A DNA stretch of 64,000 nucleotides, from the NCBI RefSeq assembly GCF_964188315.1, contig NC_135655.1, positions 112,778,001 to 112,842,000 on the forward strand. Direction: 5' to 3'. This document shows positions 49,741-61,420 of this stretch, in pieces; within the stretch, counting starts at the first letter, position 1; every line of letters starts with the position of its first letter. The stretch is from Podarcis muralis (lineage: Eukaryota). The notes under the pieces were generated by a model that was not told the DNA's origin, did not search any database, and saw only the letters and a program-made list of their open reading frames with translations. A program made the position numbers and the translations under genes.

Positions 49741-49908
49741 TGACTTAGTTGTAGACAGCGACAAATAACTTGATTGCAATATCCCAATGGCCACTTTCTC
49801 ACACATAACACATGAATGGGATCCGCACACTGAAAGAAGCAGCAGGAAGACACTGCTGGCCCAGCCCTCAACGTTGTGCAGCTTCCGTGGCCACCCACCC
49901 CTGCTGAT

Positions 49909-50155
49909 CAGGGGTCAGCAAACTTTTTCAGCAGGGGGCCGGTCCACTGTCCCTCAGACCTTGTCGGGTGCCAGACTATATTTTGGAAAAAAATAATGAA
50001 TTCCTATTCCCCACAAATAACCCAGAGATGCATTTTAAATAAAAGCAGACATTCTACTCATGTAAAAACACGCTGATTCCCAGACCGTCCGCGGGCCGGA
50101 TTTAGAAGGCGATTGGGCTGGATCCGGCCCCCGGGCCTTAGTTTGCCTACCCATG
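49909..50155. mobile_element. hAT-Charlie MITE resembling OC1/nhAT1 non-autonomous elements
   Basis: CAGGGGTCAGCAAACTTTTT..CAGGGGGCCGG.CCACTGTCCCTCAGACC...GGCCCCCGGGCCTTAGTTTGCCTACCCATG; family match from memory; TSD not matched. Confidence 0.75.
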
Positions 50156-50982
50156 ATCTGTATGTTAGGCATGAAACCCTACGCATGTAGACCTCTCGAG
50201 GAGCTGGAACCATGCATGATCAAGAAGCTTAACTGTGTAGGCGTATGCTGCTCAAATGTCTGTGCCTAATTTGTAGGTTTCAAGGGGCACAGCCAATGAA
50301 ACTGTTTGACATTGATGCGGGCTAGCAGCACAGTTCCTGCTGCTTCTTTCAACAACTGTGTTCCTTTCACACATGCATCATGTTGTGGGGGCTGATGATG
50401 ATCATCCTTGTTATCAGTTGCCTCATGCAATAGATCTCTGGGCGACATACAATACAATATAAAACAAAACAGTTAAAAACACATCAAAATACATACTATT
50501 TATCATCAAAATCAAGCTAGGCAGCAACAACAAAAACAACTAGCAGTTAGTTAGTGAATGTTTGTAAATAGAGAGTAGTTATACTGTTGCTCTGTTGCTA
50601 CCCAAATAAACATCCCTCAAACCAACAAGGCCAAGTTGTATTGCATAAAGAGAAATATGTCAATAGCAATCCATGCAGTTATGGGGAGAAATGAAGAAGG
50701 ATCATATGCACAGCTCCTGTGGATTTGAGACATACTCTTGTTTTCTGAAATTGATTTGATTTGATGTATTATATTTCTATGCTGTTATTCATTCAAAACA
50801 TAATAGAGCATCACAAAATACAGCATAAATCATTTAAAATAATTAACAAATAAAAAAAAATCACAAATAAAGCAATTACAGTCTATAAAACTATCAACGA
50901 AACAGCCACTAAAAAATAAGCTAAACATCACAATTACAGGGAAAGTCATATTGTATGATATAAAAGATTAATATGGCATCTA

Positions 50983-51292
50983 CCGTATTTTTCAGTGTAT
51001 GAGATGCCCCCATGTATAAGACTTTTGGGGACCCCAAATTTAGAAAATGGGGAGGAGATGGCCCAGAGGAGATGGCCAATCACTGAAGATAACAAGTGTC
51101 TGCCCCCTTGTCACCAGCATCCGCCAATCAAATGCACAATTGCCAAAGCAGCAGCCACACAATCGCCGCTAACAAGGTTCTGCTGCAAACAGTCACCCGC
51201 CACGCATATGTACTGTCCGTGTATAAGACGCTCCAAGATTAAAAAACTTATTTTAAAGTACAAAACATAGTCTTATACATGGAAAAGTATGG
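50983..51292. mobile_element. Tc2/pogo-like MITE
   Basis: Ends CCGTATTTTTCAGTGTATGAGA...TCTTATACATGGAAAAGTATGG, TA flanks. Confidence 0.8.
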
Positions 51293-52344
51293 TATAATCT
51301 ATAATGCCATATTAATAACAAAGCAACTAAAAAAATAAGCTAAGCACTGTTAAGTTCATACGCACACTCCCCACGGTCCCATGACTTAAAATCTTTCACT
51401 CTATCCAGTTCATTAAAATACACATAAAAGTACATATAATGCCAGTTGCTAAGCCAGCTCAAGTCATTTAGGGTGACAGTATCTTGGCCAGGTACTAAAT
51501 CTGATAGGTAAATACCACAGTGCTAGAGACTGGAATTTCTTCAGAATAAGTGCATGATGCTTAGTTATTTTTGAGCTACCCAGCCACCACCCTTCCCCAT
51601 TTTTACTAGATAGATGATTCAGAAAGCAATCCTCCCAATGACTAAACCTGCTGAAGCCTTCCGAGGGGGAAATAGTTCCTTCTTGAAACTCTGATGAAAA
51701 GAACACTTGTGCATTCATCCCTGTGGTGTATTCATACCTGCCATGAGGTACAGCACTTTTTGGAACGTTACACAAACTTCCTTGTTTTAAAGCATGCACC
51801 AGTTCAGAATATGCAAACAAGAACTGAAAGAGACCTTGCAAGCCAGTTCTGCGTAAGCAGGAAACCCAATATTTACACAATAATCAATAGGGCAGCGAGC
51901 ACAAAGACCAGCAGTGACTTCTTCTACAGAGTGTGGTTTAAACCCAGTAGGAGAAGCTGGAATCTTCTCTTATATTTCCTAGGGAGACCAATAAAATCTA
52001 GGATAGTTTTGAATTAGAATTGGGGGGGGGGGGGAGAGAAAGTAAACTCGCTTAAAATCTTTCCATCTAGTTCAGAGCTACAACCTTATTGTATATCTAT
52101 ACAGAATATAAGGCTCTGTAAACATGGGTTTTTGGGTGGTGGGGTATGTTGCCTGGTTTTGCTTTAATATAATGGGTGGGGGAAGTAGGTGTTAATAAAG
52201 TATCAGCTATGATTACTGTAACTGCTACTATTATTTCTCAACAGGGAATAAGCCATGTGAGAAACTGTAGACTCGATCATGTTGTGACTCAGGGTGTGGC
52301 ACTGTGTGATTTTTTTTTTTTAAGCACTCAGTGATACCCTAGCA

Positions 52345-52482
52345 CAGCGGTTCTCAAACTGTGGGTCCCCAGATGTTGTTGAACTACAACTCCCATCATC
52401 CCTGAGCTCTGGCCTTGCTGGCTAGGGGTGATGGGAATTGTAGTTCAACAACATCTGGGGACCCACAGGTTGAGAAAAGCTG
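52345..52482. mobile_element. Near-perfect palindromic hAT MITE with SPIN/URR1-like termini
   Basis: CAGCGGTTCTCAA...TTGAGAAAAGCTG; about 45-bp arms GTGGGTCCCCAGATGTTGTTGAACTACAA / TTGTAGTTCAACAACATCTGGGGACCCAC. Confidence 0.9.
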
Positions 52483-54102
52483 TATGAGCACTTTCCATAT
52501 AACCCTTTCATCAAAACAGTCACTGGTGTGTGTGTGTTTTCTTGCAGTAATATATGCACACATACAACTCAGCACAACCTCCCGGCCAATATATGGGGCT
52601 AATGTATACTTTCCATCTGCTCTGCAGCCCCAGAGCAACTAGCAGTTGGAGCTAATTGTTTGTTTCTGGTAGGGAGGAGGGATGCAGGCTCCTTGCAGCT
52701 GCTCCTTTTGAGGCTGATGGAATGGGCCATGCTGATGCGCTCCCTGGACATGACATCCCCGTCCCCCGGTTGATGGCGGAGGCCCAGTGAAAATTGCCAC
52801 AAACTACCATGGTGCTTTTAACTGAGGATAGCTCAAGACCGCTGCCTAGGGTGTAAAACTGCTAAAGAAGAAGGAAAAGACTTTTCCAGTGCTACCCTGA
52901 CACACATTCTTCTACTGAAGAGAAAGAGCAACAAGAAGGCAGAAAGTATCATGCTGTAAGGAGGCAAAGAAGAAGCAAGGGGAAAGGCAGAGATTTAGCC
53001 TGCAAGCAGGAGGTTCAACACTATGGGTGAACAAGGAATTTGAAATCTCACTGACACATGGAGGGGAGGTACCATGCTGGTACCATGAGATAAGTAAAGC
53101 AATAATAAAGGAGGTTCTTCTTCTGGGTTCAACAAGCCATGGGTGACATAGAATGGGTAAAGCGAACTAACTAGGGATTTGAAACATCATCATAGCTGGG
53201 CATTGTTTGGATCATTTTTAGTTGATTCTGCCTGAGGATGTTGACAAGGCACTTGTAGTGATGCATTGGACCATGTGCTCCCTTGAGCACACAGTTTAAT
53301 CTGGCCAGCAGGGCTGTAAGAAGATACCTTCTTGATGCAGAATCGCTCTGGAATGTTCTGCAAAGAAAAGGAAAGAAATGATCACAATAGTGGTAGTGGG
53401 TGTACATTCTCACCTCCCCACTCCAGCAGCCCCGGTAAAGATGGTGTAGTCAGGTCTCTCTGAGAAAAGAAGCAGTGTAGTTGAAAATAACTTGTAGTTG
53501 TGTGTCAGAGTGTAAGACAAACTGAAAGCTGAGTTTTGGACTTCGTACGCTATACAAACACTATGCAGTGATGGTTCCCTCTGGTCTTGAGATCAGATTG
53601 TGGGCAGTGGGATTTGCTGTTGGAGTGTTTCAGCTGTGTGCTTCCACTGTGCTTAAACTGTGTATTTGCAAATGTAGTCAAATATTGCACACACACACAC
53701 ACACATTAAAAAAATTGTCTCATTGAGTCTTTGGTGAGTCCTCCATACAAAGGAAACCAAATCCAAGTTAAGCTCCTCAACCTCTGGAATTTTCACTCCT
53801 TGAGGGAATTGGGATGAGCATAACAACTTGAAAGGAAATTTTCTGTTCCAGAGAGTGTAGGATAAGGTTCACAGTGACATCATTGGGAGGTCAGCCAGTC
53901 AGCATCCTCAATAGCTTGTTTTGGTTGTAAAAATGTTGTGTGTATCTTGACCACTTGCGATGTTGCTAAAGATGGATCCAAACAACTCAAAGTCACAACC
54001 AAGTTTTTCCTAATGAAACATGAGGTTTAGTTTGTTTTTTCTGCCTTTTTGAAATAAGTAGGGAATTTTAAGGGACAAAATAATAATAATTTCAATAAAC
54101 TA

Positions 54103-54331
54103 CAGTCATACCTCGTATTGCGTCCACTTCATGTTGCATCTTTTCACGTTATGTCCCGCTGCAACCCGGAAGTCCCGGAACGGGTTACTTCCAGGTTTTG
54201 CTGCTCGCGCATGCACAGAAGTGCTAAATCGTGCTTCGCGCCTGTGCAGATGCAGCGCTTTGAGTTGCGGGCATTTTACCTTACGGATAGGCCTCCGGAA
54301 CGGATCCCATCCGTAACACGAGGTACCACTG
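54103..54331. mobile_element. Tigger-like MITE family B
   Basis: CAGTCATACCTCG...CGAGGTACCACTG, TA flanks, CpG-rich body different from family A. Confidence 0.85.
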
Positions 54332-55413
54332 TAATTAACTTTTGCCATGAAGTTTCTTCATATCCTTGGAGAGGGAGTTTTCTTTTCTTTTACCCTGCTA
54401 TGATCTCTGCTCAAACCATCCGTGGACTTCCTTTGGAATACTTTAAGCAGCACCTAGAAAAAGCCAAAAGGAATGACTAGCAATACAACCAAATAAATGA
54501 GCTGAATTATAATATAGCTATGAGAGGGTTTCATGGTGCTCCTGTTTTAGCAACTACCTTGCCTGAAACTACCCCCTACCCCATAGGGGATGGAAATATA
54601 AGCAGCTGACTCTTTAGGTGGTAATTTTTAAAGGAGTTTTGGTTTGAAGCCATGGCCCATTGCTGAATATATATAAATTTAGATTAGGGTTGGAGTGTTA
54701 TCAGTCTTCTGTATGGTTAGTGAGTTAGGTGAGACTCTGGAAATATAAATCACTTTCCTCTGTCCAGAGGAAAAGAGAGACAAAGTCCCTCCTACTATGA
54801 TTAATTTTTCCACCCTGTAATTCTTTTGTTAGGAATCCATTGTGGGTGGCTCTAACAATTTTAGTCTGTGAGGGCTAATATTTTACTCTCAGCAAACGGA
54901 TAATGTCCAATAATTATAGGCTGATATTTTTAACTCTGCTAACGCAAGGCACGCCGTGTGTAGCAGCAACAAGACAATGCCTAGCTATGAAGTCAAATCT
55001 TTCCCGTGCATATATCTTTCCGTATTGCAGCATTCACTCTTACCAATTTCCCGGGCAGTATCTGCATCAAGCCACTGCCACCTGCTGCAGCTATTATCCA
55101 TTCTGACACAAATTTGAAGCATAGGGCTACTTCCACTATTACTTCCCTCCTCATTTTGCTAATGTGTGTAGGAAAATTGAATTGTAAAAGATGGGAATAG
55201 GCAGATATGAAAATGAGACACAGATCTGTTAAAGTGCTTGGGAACTCCTCAGCTGTTCTTTCTTTCTGACCTTTTTAATTTTTATTTTAAATATGAGTAA
55301 GGAAATGTAGCATGGTATGGATGTTTGCAAGGCACCATGGCAGAGGAAACATGAGGGGCCATGCTCCTTTCCCACAACACTTCCATGTCATATCTGAAGA
55401 GTCATGCCCCACG

Positions 55414-56332
55414 CAGAGGCATAGGAAGGTCAGGTGGTGCCCGGAAAATTTCTTGTCACACCTCCCCCCCATTGATCGATTTATTTTTTGCCTGCAAAAA
55501 TTGTTTTGAGTTATTTCATATTTTCTTACAAAGGACTAATAAATAATAATTAATAATAATAATGATAAACTTTTATTTATATCCCACTCTCCCCGGTCGA
55601 AGTTGGACTCAGGGTGGCTAACATCAGATACGTAAAGGTAAAGGGACCCCTGACCAGTTGTGAGTGACTCTGGGGTTGCAGCACTCGTATCGCTTTATTG
55701 GCCGAGGGAGCCGGCGTACAGCTTCCGGGTCATGTGGCCAGCATGACTAAGCCGCTTCTGGCGAACCAGAGCAGCGCACGGAAACGCCGTTTACCTTCCC
55801 GCTGGAGCAGTACCTATTTGTCTACTTGCTTTCAAACTGCTAGGTTGGCAGGAGCAGGGACCGAGCAACGGGAGCTTACCCCATCATGGGGATTCGAACC
55901 ACCGAACTTCTGAATCGGCAAGCCCTAGGCTCTGTGGTTACATAACATTGGTTTAAAATCAAACAATAATTAAATTACCTCCTAAAAACATGTCAAAATC
56001 AAATTAAAGTCTAATTAGATGGCTTTCCGCTGGGTTAGGGTTGGGAACAGTAAGTGCTCCACTGAATTGAAATTTCAGCCTTTACAACATAGGAAAACAG
56101 CCAAGTAACCAGCTATTTTTGTGGAGGAGGGTCAAGATATTAACTGATATGCATGAAATTTCATATATAGCTATATAATCCCTAGTGTAGTAAGATAAGA
56201 CTTTGGAGCAGGCATTTTTTAAATAAAGTTTTTTATGAACCGCCTTAGCAGGGCAGTAATTGTTCCTTGATAATTTGTCACCCCCCTCCATGACGGCACC
56301 CAGGGCAGCCCGCCCCCCTTCCTACACCCCTG
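55414..56332. mobile_element. 919-bp hAT element containing an L2-type tail and a Sauria SINE
   Basis: Perfect TSD GCCCCACG (55406-55413, 56333-56340); TIRs CAGAGGCATAGGAAG / CTTCCTACACCCCTG. Confidence 0.85.
55636..55938 (-). mobile_element. Sauria SINE, 5'-truncated, nested
   Basis: Family body; TSD TACGTAA / TACATAA. Confidence 0.93.
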
Positions 56333-57287
56333 GCCCCACGATGCACACCTACCTTTGAGGCATGAATGATGCCCTACTTACCACAAATCAGTACTTACAG
56401 TTTTTTGGTATGAGTTGTGTTGTCTAGAGCTGCTAAAGCACTGAGACCCAAAGAGTAAGGCGCTTGATATCATTTTTCATCTGAGACAGTGTTTTGTTGC
56501 TTGTTCACCCACACATGAAGTCTTATTTTCCTCTTAGATAAATCAGTGTAAGCCCATTAAGGATAATAGGGTTAACTCTGATTTATACCCTCAAATGTTT
56601 GAAGAGGGTAACTTGTGTGAAGTTTATAAAGAGCAGTAGATTGGTTGTCAGCAGTGTGAAAAGCCCTGATGGATCACCGAAAACCAATAATTAATTTTGG
56701 AGCACATATTTTCCAGAGTGTAACAAAAACCTATATGATGTCCTTGAGTGTTGAAATTAATGCATAGAGCTCTGAAGTGCTGGAAGATGTGTACAAATTC
56801 ATGAAGATAGATCAGTTTTACCTGATACTCCATTTTTAAAGAAAGGTTATAGACATGAATTCCATCCTTCCAAAATTGTTTATGATTTGTGCTTTCTCCA
56901 CTGGCTTCCCATTTAAAATATTAGCAAACATTTGAAAAGAGAACTCTAGCTTTTCCCTTTTCATGCTTGAAATGAAACAATCTTATCTTTGTCATGGGAA
57001 TTTAAGCCAAATTTTATAATCCTAAAATATCAATATAAAGCTACCTTGACTGTCATTTTACACATACTGCGAAGTCTTGCTTTCTTTCCAATGAAAACCC
57101 ATGTCGCAATAAATCCAATAAGTCTTTAAGCTGGTATCACAGGACTTTTTGTTGTTATCCTGAAGAAATTGGGGCATCCGAAGGTTTATCTCTCAAAGAG
57201 CTGTAGGATACACAGACAGATTTATTCAATCTATAGGAATTTCTTACGTACACACAAGGATAGAGCACGTGTGTGAGAGAGAGCAAG

Positions 57288-57430
57288 GGCTGGTGTAATG
57301 CAGTGGCTAAGAGTCTGAGCTATGAATCAGCAGGTCCCTGATGGAATCTCACCTCAGCCATGAATTCACTAGGTGGGCTTAGGCAATCTACTGTCTCTCT
57401 CAGCCTCAGTCCCTGCATCTACAACAGGGA
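57288..57430 (+). mobile_element. Old MIR/CORE-type SINE, followed by an L2 remnant (about 57470-57530)
   Basis: tRNA-like head GGTGTAATGCAGTGGCTAAGAG and CORE-like CTCAGCCTCAGT; downstream LPVGFWAQFKVLVLTFK matches the L2 LHWLP..RIQFK motif. Confidence 0.6.
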
Positions 57431-57646
57431 AGGGTGACCTGAACATATAAGACAAATTCTGTCATTACTGTGCTGACTACCAGTTGGTTTCTGGGCTCAG
57501 TTCAAAGTGCTAGTTTTGACTTTTAAATCATTACCCAGTGCAGAACCCACATTGCCTCTTCACACATGCACCAGCTTGGACACTGCCACAATCACCTGAG
57601 GCCTTTCTTCCTGTACCCTTCCACAGGTGGTCTGGAGGGTGGCCAG

Positions 57647-58208
57647 CAGGGGTGGACTTTGGTCTTTCAAACTTCAGCACTGCCCTACAAGAGGTCAAAA
57701 TTCAGTGCCCCCAGCCTCTCTGTCCATTCTGCTCAATTCACAGCAGTTAGCACTGTGGTCTAAACCACTGAGCCTCTTGGGCTTGCCGATCAGAAGGTCG
57801 GCGGTTCAAATCCCCGTGAGGGGGTGAGCGCCCATTGCTCTGTCCCTGTTCCTGCCAACCTAGCAGTTCGAAAGCATGCCAGTGCAAGTAGATAAATAGG
57901 TATTGCTGCGGCGGGAAGGTAAACAGCATTTCCATGCACTCTGGTTTCCGTCACGGAGTTTTGTTGTGCGCCAGAATTGGTTTAGTCATGCTGACCACAT
58001 GACCCAGAAAGCTGTCTGTAGACAAACACTGGCTCCCTCAGCCTGAAAAGCGAGATGAGCGCTGCACCCCATAGTCACTTTTGACTGGACTTAGCCGTCC
58101 AGGGGTCCTTTACCTTTTACTACGTCACAGTTGTGACACCCTGTAGCACCCTCTAGGCTCAGCGCCTAGTGCGGCTGAGCTAGTTGCATTGCCCTAAATC
58201 TACCTCTG
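57647..58208. mobile_element. hAT MITE split by a Sauria SINE
   Basis: Ends CAGGGGTGGACTT...AAATCTACCTCTG; TSD GTGGCCAG / GTGGCAAC (6/8). Confidence 0.6.
57750..58120 (+). mobile_element. Sauria SINE, longer subfamily (like 35813), 5'-truncated
   Basis: CTAAACCACTGAGCCTCTTGGGC head variant; ACCTTT tail. Confidence 0.93.
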
Positions 58209-58778
58209 GTGGCAACAAGAGAATGGACCTTTTCAGTTGTTATTTCATGCTTATTGAATGTTCTCACCAGGAAGGCGTGTATGGCACTAGCTATATCTAG
58301 TTTTTGGTACTTTTGTTGCTACCTTGGCCCTCAACTTGATGGCATTTTAGCCTCTTTTAGCAAGGTGAGAACTGTAGGCCTGCCTTTTATCTGTATTGCT
58401 GTGTTTAAATGCTTTTAACGTAAGTTAATTGCTTTTAACGTAAGTTGCTATGTGAGAAAAGTGACTAACAAATACAATAATAATAATAATTTGTTGTTTT
58501 TGTTGTTGTATTTTGGGTAGCTCAGTGCAGCTACCCAAAATTTCTATTCTATGCAGTGTCAAGACCCACACCTATTTAGCTTGAACAAAGCTGTAGCATT
58601 TGGTACTCCCGGGCTATTAATTAAATGCTGTTAAAGTGAGACAGAGAAATCTTTATTAACCTGTCTTTCCCAACTTCGACTCACTTCTGGATTGCTTTGC
58701 CTAGGTCCACCTCATTCAGTGTAGTTCTTGGCAATTTATTCCCAGGGTTTTTTACTTTTCATGCCCCTTGGGTGTGAG

Positions 58779-58827
58779 CAGTGCTGTTTTTCTAGAAATT
58801 GAGTTCCGGCTGGGGGGAAAAGCCCTG
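58779..58827. mobile_element. 49-bp minimal hAT MITE
   Basis: Perfect TSD GGTGTGAG (58771-58778, 58828-58835); ends CAGTGCTGTTTTTC...GAAAAGCCCTG. Confidence 0.9.
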
Positions 58828-59357
58828 GGTGTGAGTCTGGAAGTTTTAAGGCCGTACAGAATATTCCCCTTCCCCATACAGTATATCCAATCCACGACCT
58901 CATCTGAAGGCAAGAGCCCTGGTTTGGATACAATCTTTGACACCAGCTTGTTTGAAAGTCTTCCATTTGCACTGACATCTCTCCTTCATCATTAGCTTGT
59001 TCAAATGGCATCTTGTCATTTTGGAGGATGACTCTTTCATACATTTATTTTTAGTGATTTACACCTCTGTCCTAAACACAGCACTCGGATAGGCTGGTGC
59101 ATTGATTTCAGCGGCACTTAATGCTATGCAATGTGTTCAGGATCAGGGTGTTAATCTGTTTTTGGAACTAGATGTGGCGGATAGAATATCCCTCATATCA
59201 TTCTTTACGCAGAAGTCTTATTTTTAGCTTCGGAGAATGGTGTCTGTTTATTCACCAGCAGGTTCATTAATAGCACTGTATTTTTCCTGTTCCTCCCTCC
59301 CCTCCTTTTAAAGATGCATTTCCCAGAAGAGTCAACAGTAACTGTATCACATGGAAA

Positions 59358-59359
59358 GT

Positions 59360-59413
<54 letters not shown>
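59358..59413. repeat. (TTTC)n microsatellite
   Basis: Direct reading. Confidence 0.98.
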
Positions 59414-59414
<1 letters not shown>

Positions 59415-59586
59415 CCCTGTTTTCTTTTATTTGATTGGATGGTATATATAAAAAAATACTTGTTTCCACTGTAGAGCAGGCAAAAAATAATAGTATTTTA
59501 AACAAAAACACTACAGATCAGCTTTTGGACAACTGACGGGAGATTATGAGACAGGTCCAGGGGGGAAAAAAGTGAGAGCACAAATA

Positions 59587-59812
59587 CAGTGGTACCTCAG
59601 GTTAAGTACTTAATTTGTTCCGGAGGTCCGTTCTTAACCTGAAACTGTTCTTAACCTGAAGCACCACTATAGCTAATGGGGCCTCCTGCTGCCGCTGTGC
59701 CGCTGGAGCACGATTTGTGTTCTCATCTTGAAGCAAAGTTCTTAACCTGAAGCACTATTTCTGGGTTAGAGGAGTGTGTAACCTGAAGCGTATGTAGCCC
59801 GAGGTACCACTG
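59587..59812. mobile_element. Tigger-like MITE family A
   Basis: CAGTGGTACCTC TIRs, TA flanks. Confidence 0.92.
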
Positions 59813-60003
59813 TACTAGGGAATTCTGATTGATGGAGGAAGCGCTTGAGCGAGAAGCCATATTATCTCCTACCTCCATAAGACAAGAAGTATCCCCTTTC
59901 CTTAGCTGGAGGGATGTTTATAGGAATTAATGATAAATCTCCCCAGTGTGGTAGTTTGCATAGCAGATGTTTAGCAAACTGGAGCAATAAATAGAGGCAG
60001 TAT

Positions 60004-60005
<2 letters not shown>

Positions 60006-60044
<39 letters not shown>
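60006..60044. repeat. (GT)n microsatellite
   Basis: Direct reading. Confidence 0.98.
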
Positions 60045-60046
<2 letters not shown>

Positions 60047-60297
60047 CTCTTGAAAAAAAACTAAGCTACCTGCTAGCTTGGGCACAGGGCTGGGTTGATA
60101 TAGCTTCCTTGCTTTGGAGTTCACTGTCAGGTAAGTGGGATAGGATTTCAGCCTGAAATCTCGATAAAGAAATATTTAGGAGAAAGTAACAGCTGCAAAG
60201 ATAGGGAACCTCTTTCCAGAGCTACATTTCTGCTGAAAGTCTCATTACAACTCAGTTAGTTACTCTCCTTTCCAGTGGGCATATTCTTACATTGGAA

Positions 60298-60473
60298 CAG
60301 TGCTTTTTTCTGGGGGGATGCAGGGGTACGCATACCCCTAAACATTTTGTGACTCTTTGTACTTTTGTCCATTTACTGTATTTATTTTCCCTGATTTGAA
60401 CTATAAAATGGTGGTTTTCTTGAGGCAAAATGAGAGTACTCCTAAATATTTTTTTAAAGAAAAAAAAGCACTG
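60298..60473. mobile_element. hAT MITE inserted at the tail of a SINE
   Basis: TIRs CAGTGCTTTTTT...AAAAAAAGCACTG; TSD CATTGGAA / CATAGGAA. Confidence 0.85.
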
Positions 60474-60637
60474 CATAGGAATATAAGTAGTTGGATTTTA
60501 CTGAGTCAGACCATCAGTCTAGCTAGCTCAGTATTGCGAACACTGCCTGGCACCAGCTCTCCAGGCTTTCAGACTGGGATTCTCTACTTGCCTTATCTGG
60601 AGAGGCTAGGAATTGTAACTGAGACCTTCTGCATGCC
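60474..60637 (-). mobile_element. tRNA-Ala SINE (Squam2-like), degraded
   Basis: Reverse complement of the 48233 family (CATAGGAA tail, CTGAGTCAGACCA, CAGCTCTCCAGG, GAGACCTTCTGCATG). Confidence 0.75.
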
Positions 60638-60858
60638 CTTACCTTCTGTGGTTCACACCTCTGATCAGGTTCTACCCATTAGGAAATGGGAATCTAGCAG
60701 TGAATGATGCATTGCAAATGTTATAGAGGCCCTTTCTCCAGTTGCTTTGACACAGTTGTAAATGAACCTGTTCTTAGTCTATGCTGTAGCCTCCTATAGC
60801 AGAGGAGGCTATAGCAAAACTGTAGCGAGAATGCACAGACACTCAAGCTTTCAGTCTA

Positions 60859-61095
60859 CAGTGGTACGTCGGAAGTTGAACGGAACCCATTCGACTTCCA
60901 AAACGTTTGGAAACCAAGGCACGGCTTCCGATTGGCTTCAGGAAGCTCCTGCAGCCAATCAAAAGCCGTGGAAGTTGCATCGGATGTTCGGGTTCCAAAG
61001 AACGTTCACAAACTGGAACACTCACTTCTGGGCTTGCGGCATTCGGGAGCCAAAACTTTCAACTCGCAAGGTGTTTGGGATCCAGGGTACAACTG
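60859..61095. mobile_element. Tigger-like MITE family C
   Basis: CAGTGGTACGTCGG...CCAGGGTACAACTG, TA flanks, distinct CpG-rich body. Confidence 0.8.
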
Positions 61096-61144
61096 TATGA
61101 AGTTCTGCATACTACTCAGTCTTTATTTCCCACCCCTATTTCAG

Positions 61145-61145
<1 letters not shown>

Positions 61146-61198
<53 letters not shown>

Positions 61199-61420
61199 TA
61201 TTATTTATACCCTGCCCATCTGGCTGGGCTTCCCCAGCCACTCTGGGCAGCTTCCAAAAAAATATTAAAATACTGTAATACATCAAACATTAAAAGCTTC
61301 CTTAAACAGGGCTGCCTTCAGATGTCTTCTAAAAGTCTGGTAGTTGTTGTTCTCTTTGACATCTGGTGGGAGGGCGTTCCACAGGGAGGGCGCCACTACC
61401 AAGAAGGCCCTCTGCCTGGT
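61146..61420 (-). mobile_element. Young L2 LINE 3' end with a (TTA)n tail
   Basis: Minus frame TRQRAFLVVAPSLWNALPPDVKENNNYQTFRRHLKAALFKEAFNV*; tail forms the (AAT)n run at 61146-61197. Confidence 0.92.

Noticed and set aside
15686-55938. Sauria SINE orientation flips from + (four copies) to - (four copies) near 40 kb, suggesting an inversion
   Set aside because: Too few copies; other retroelements at 42-48 kb are + and the next SINE (57750) is + again.
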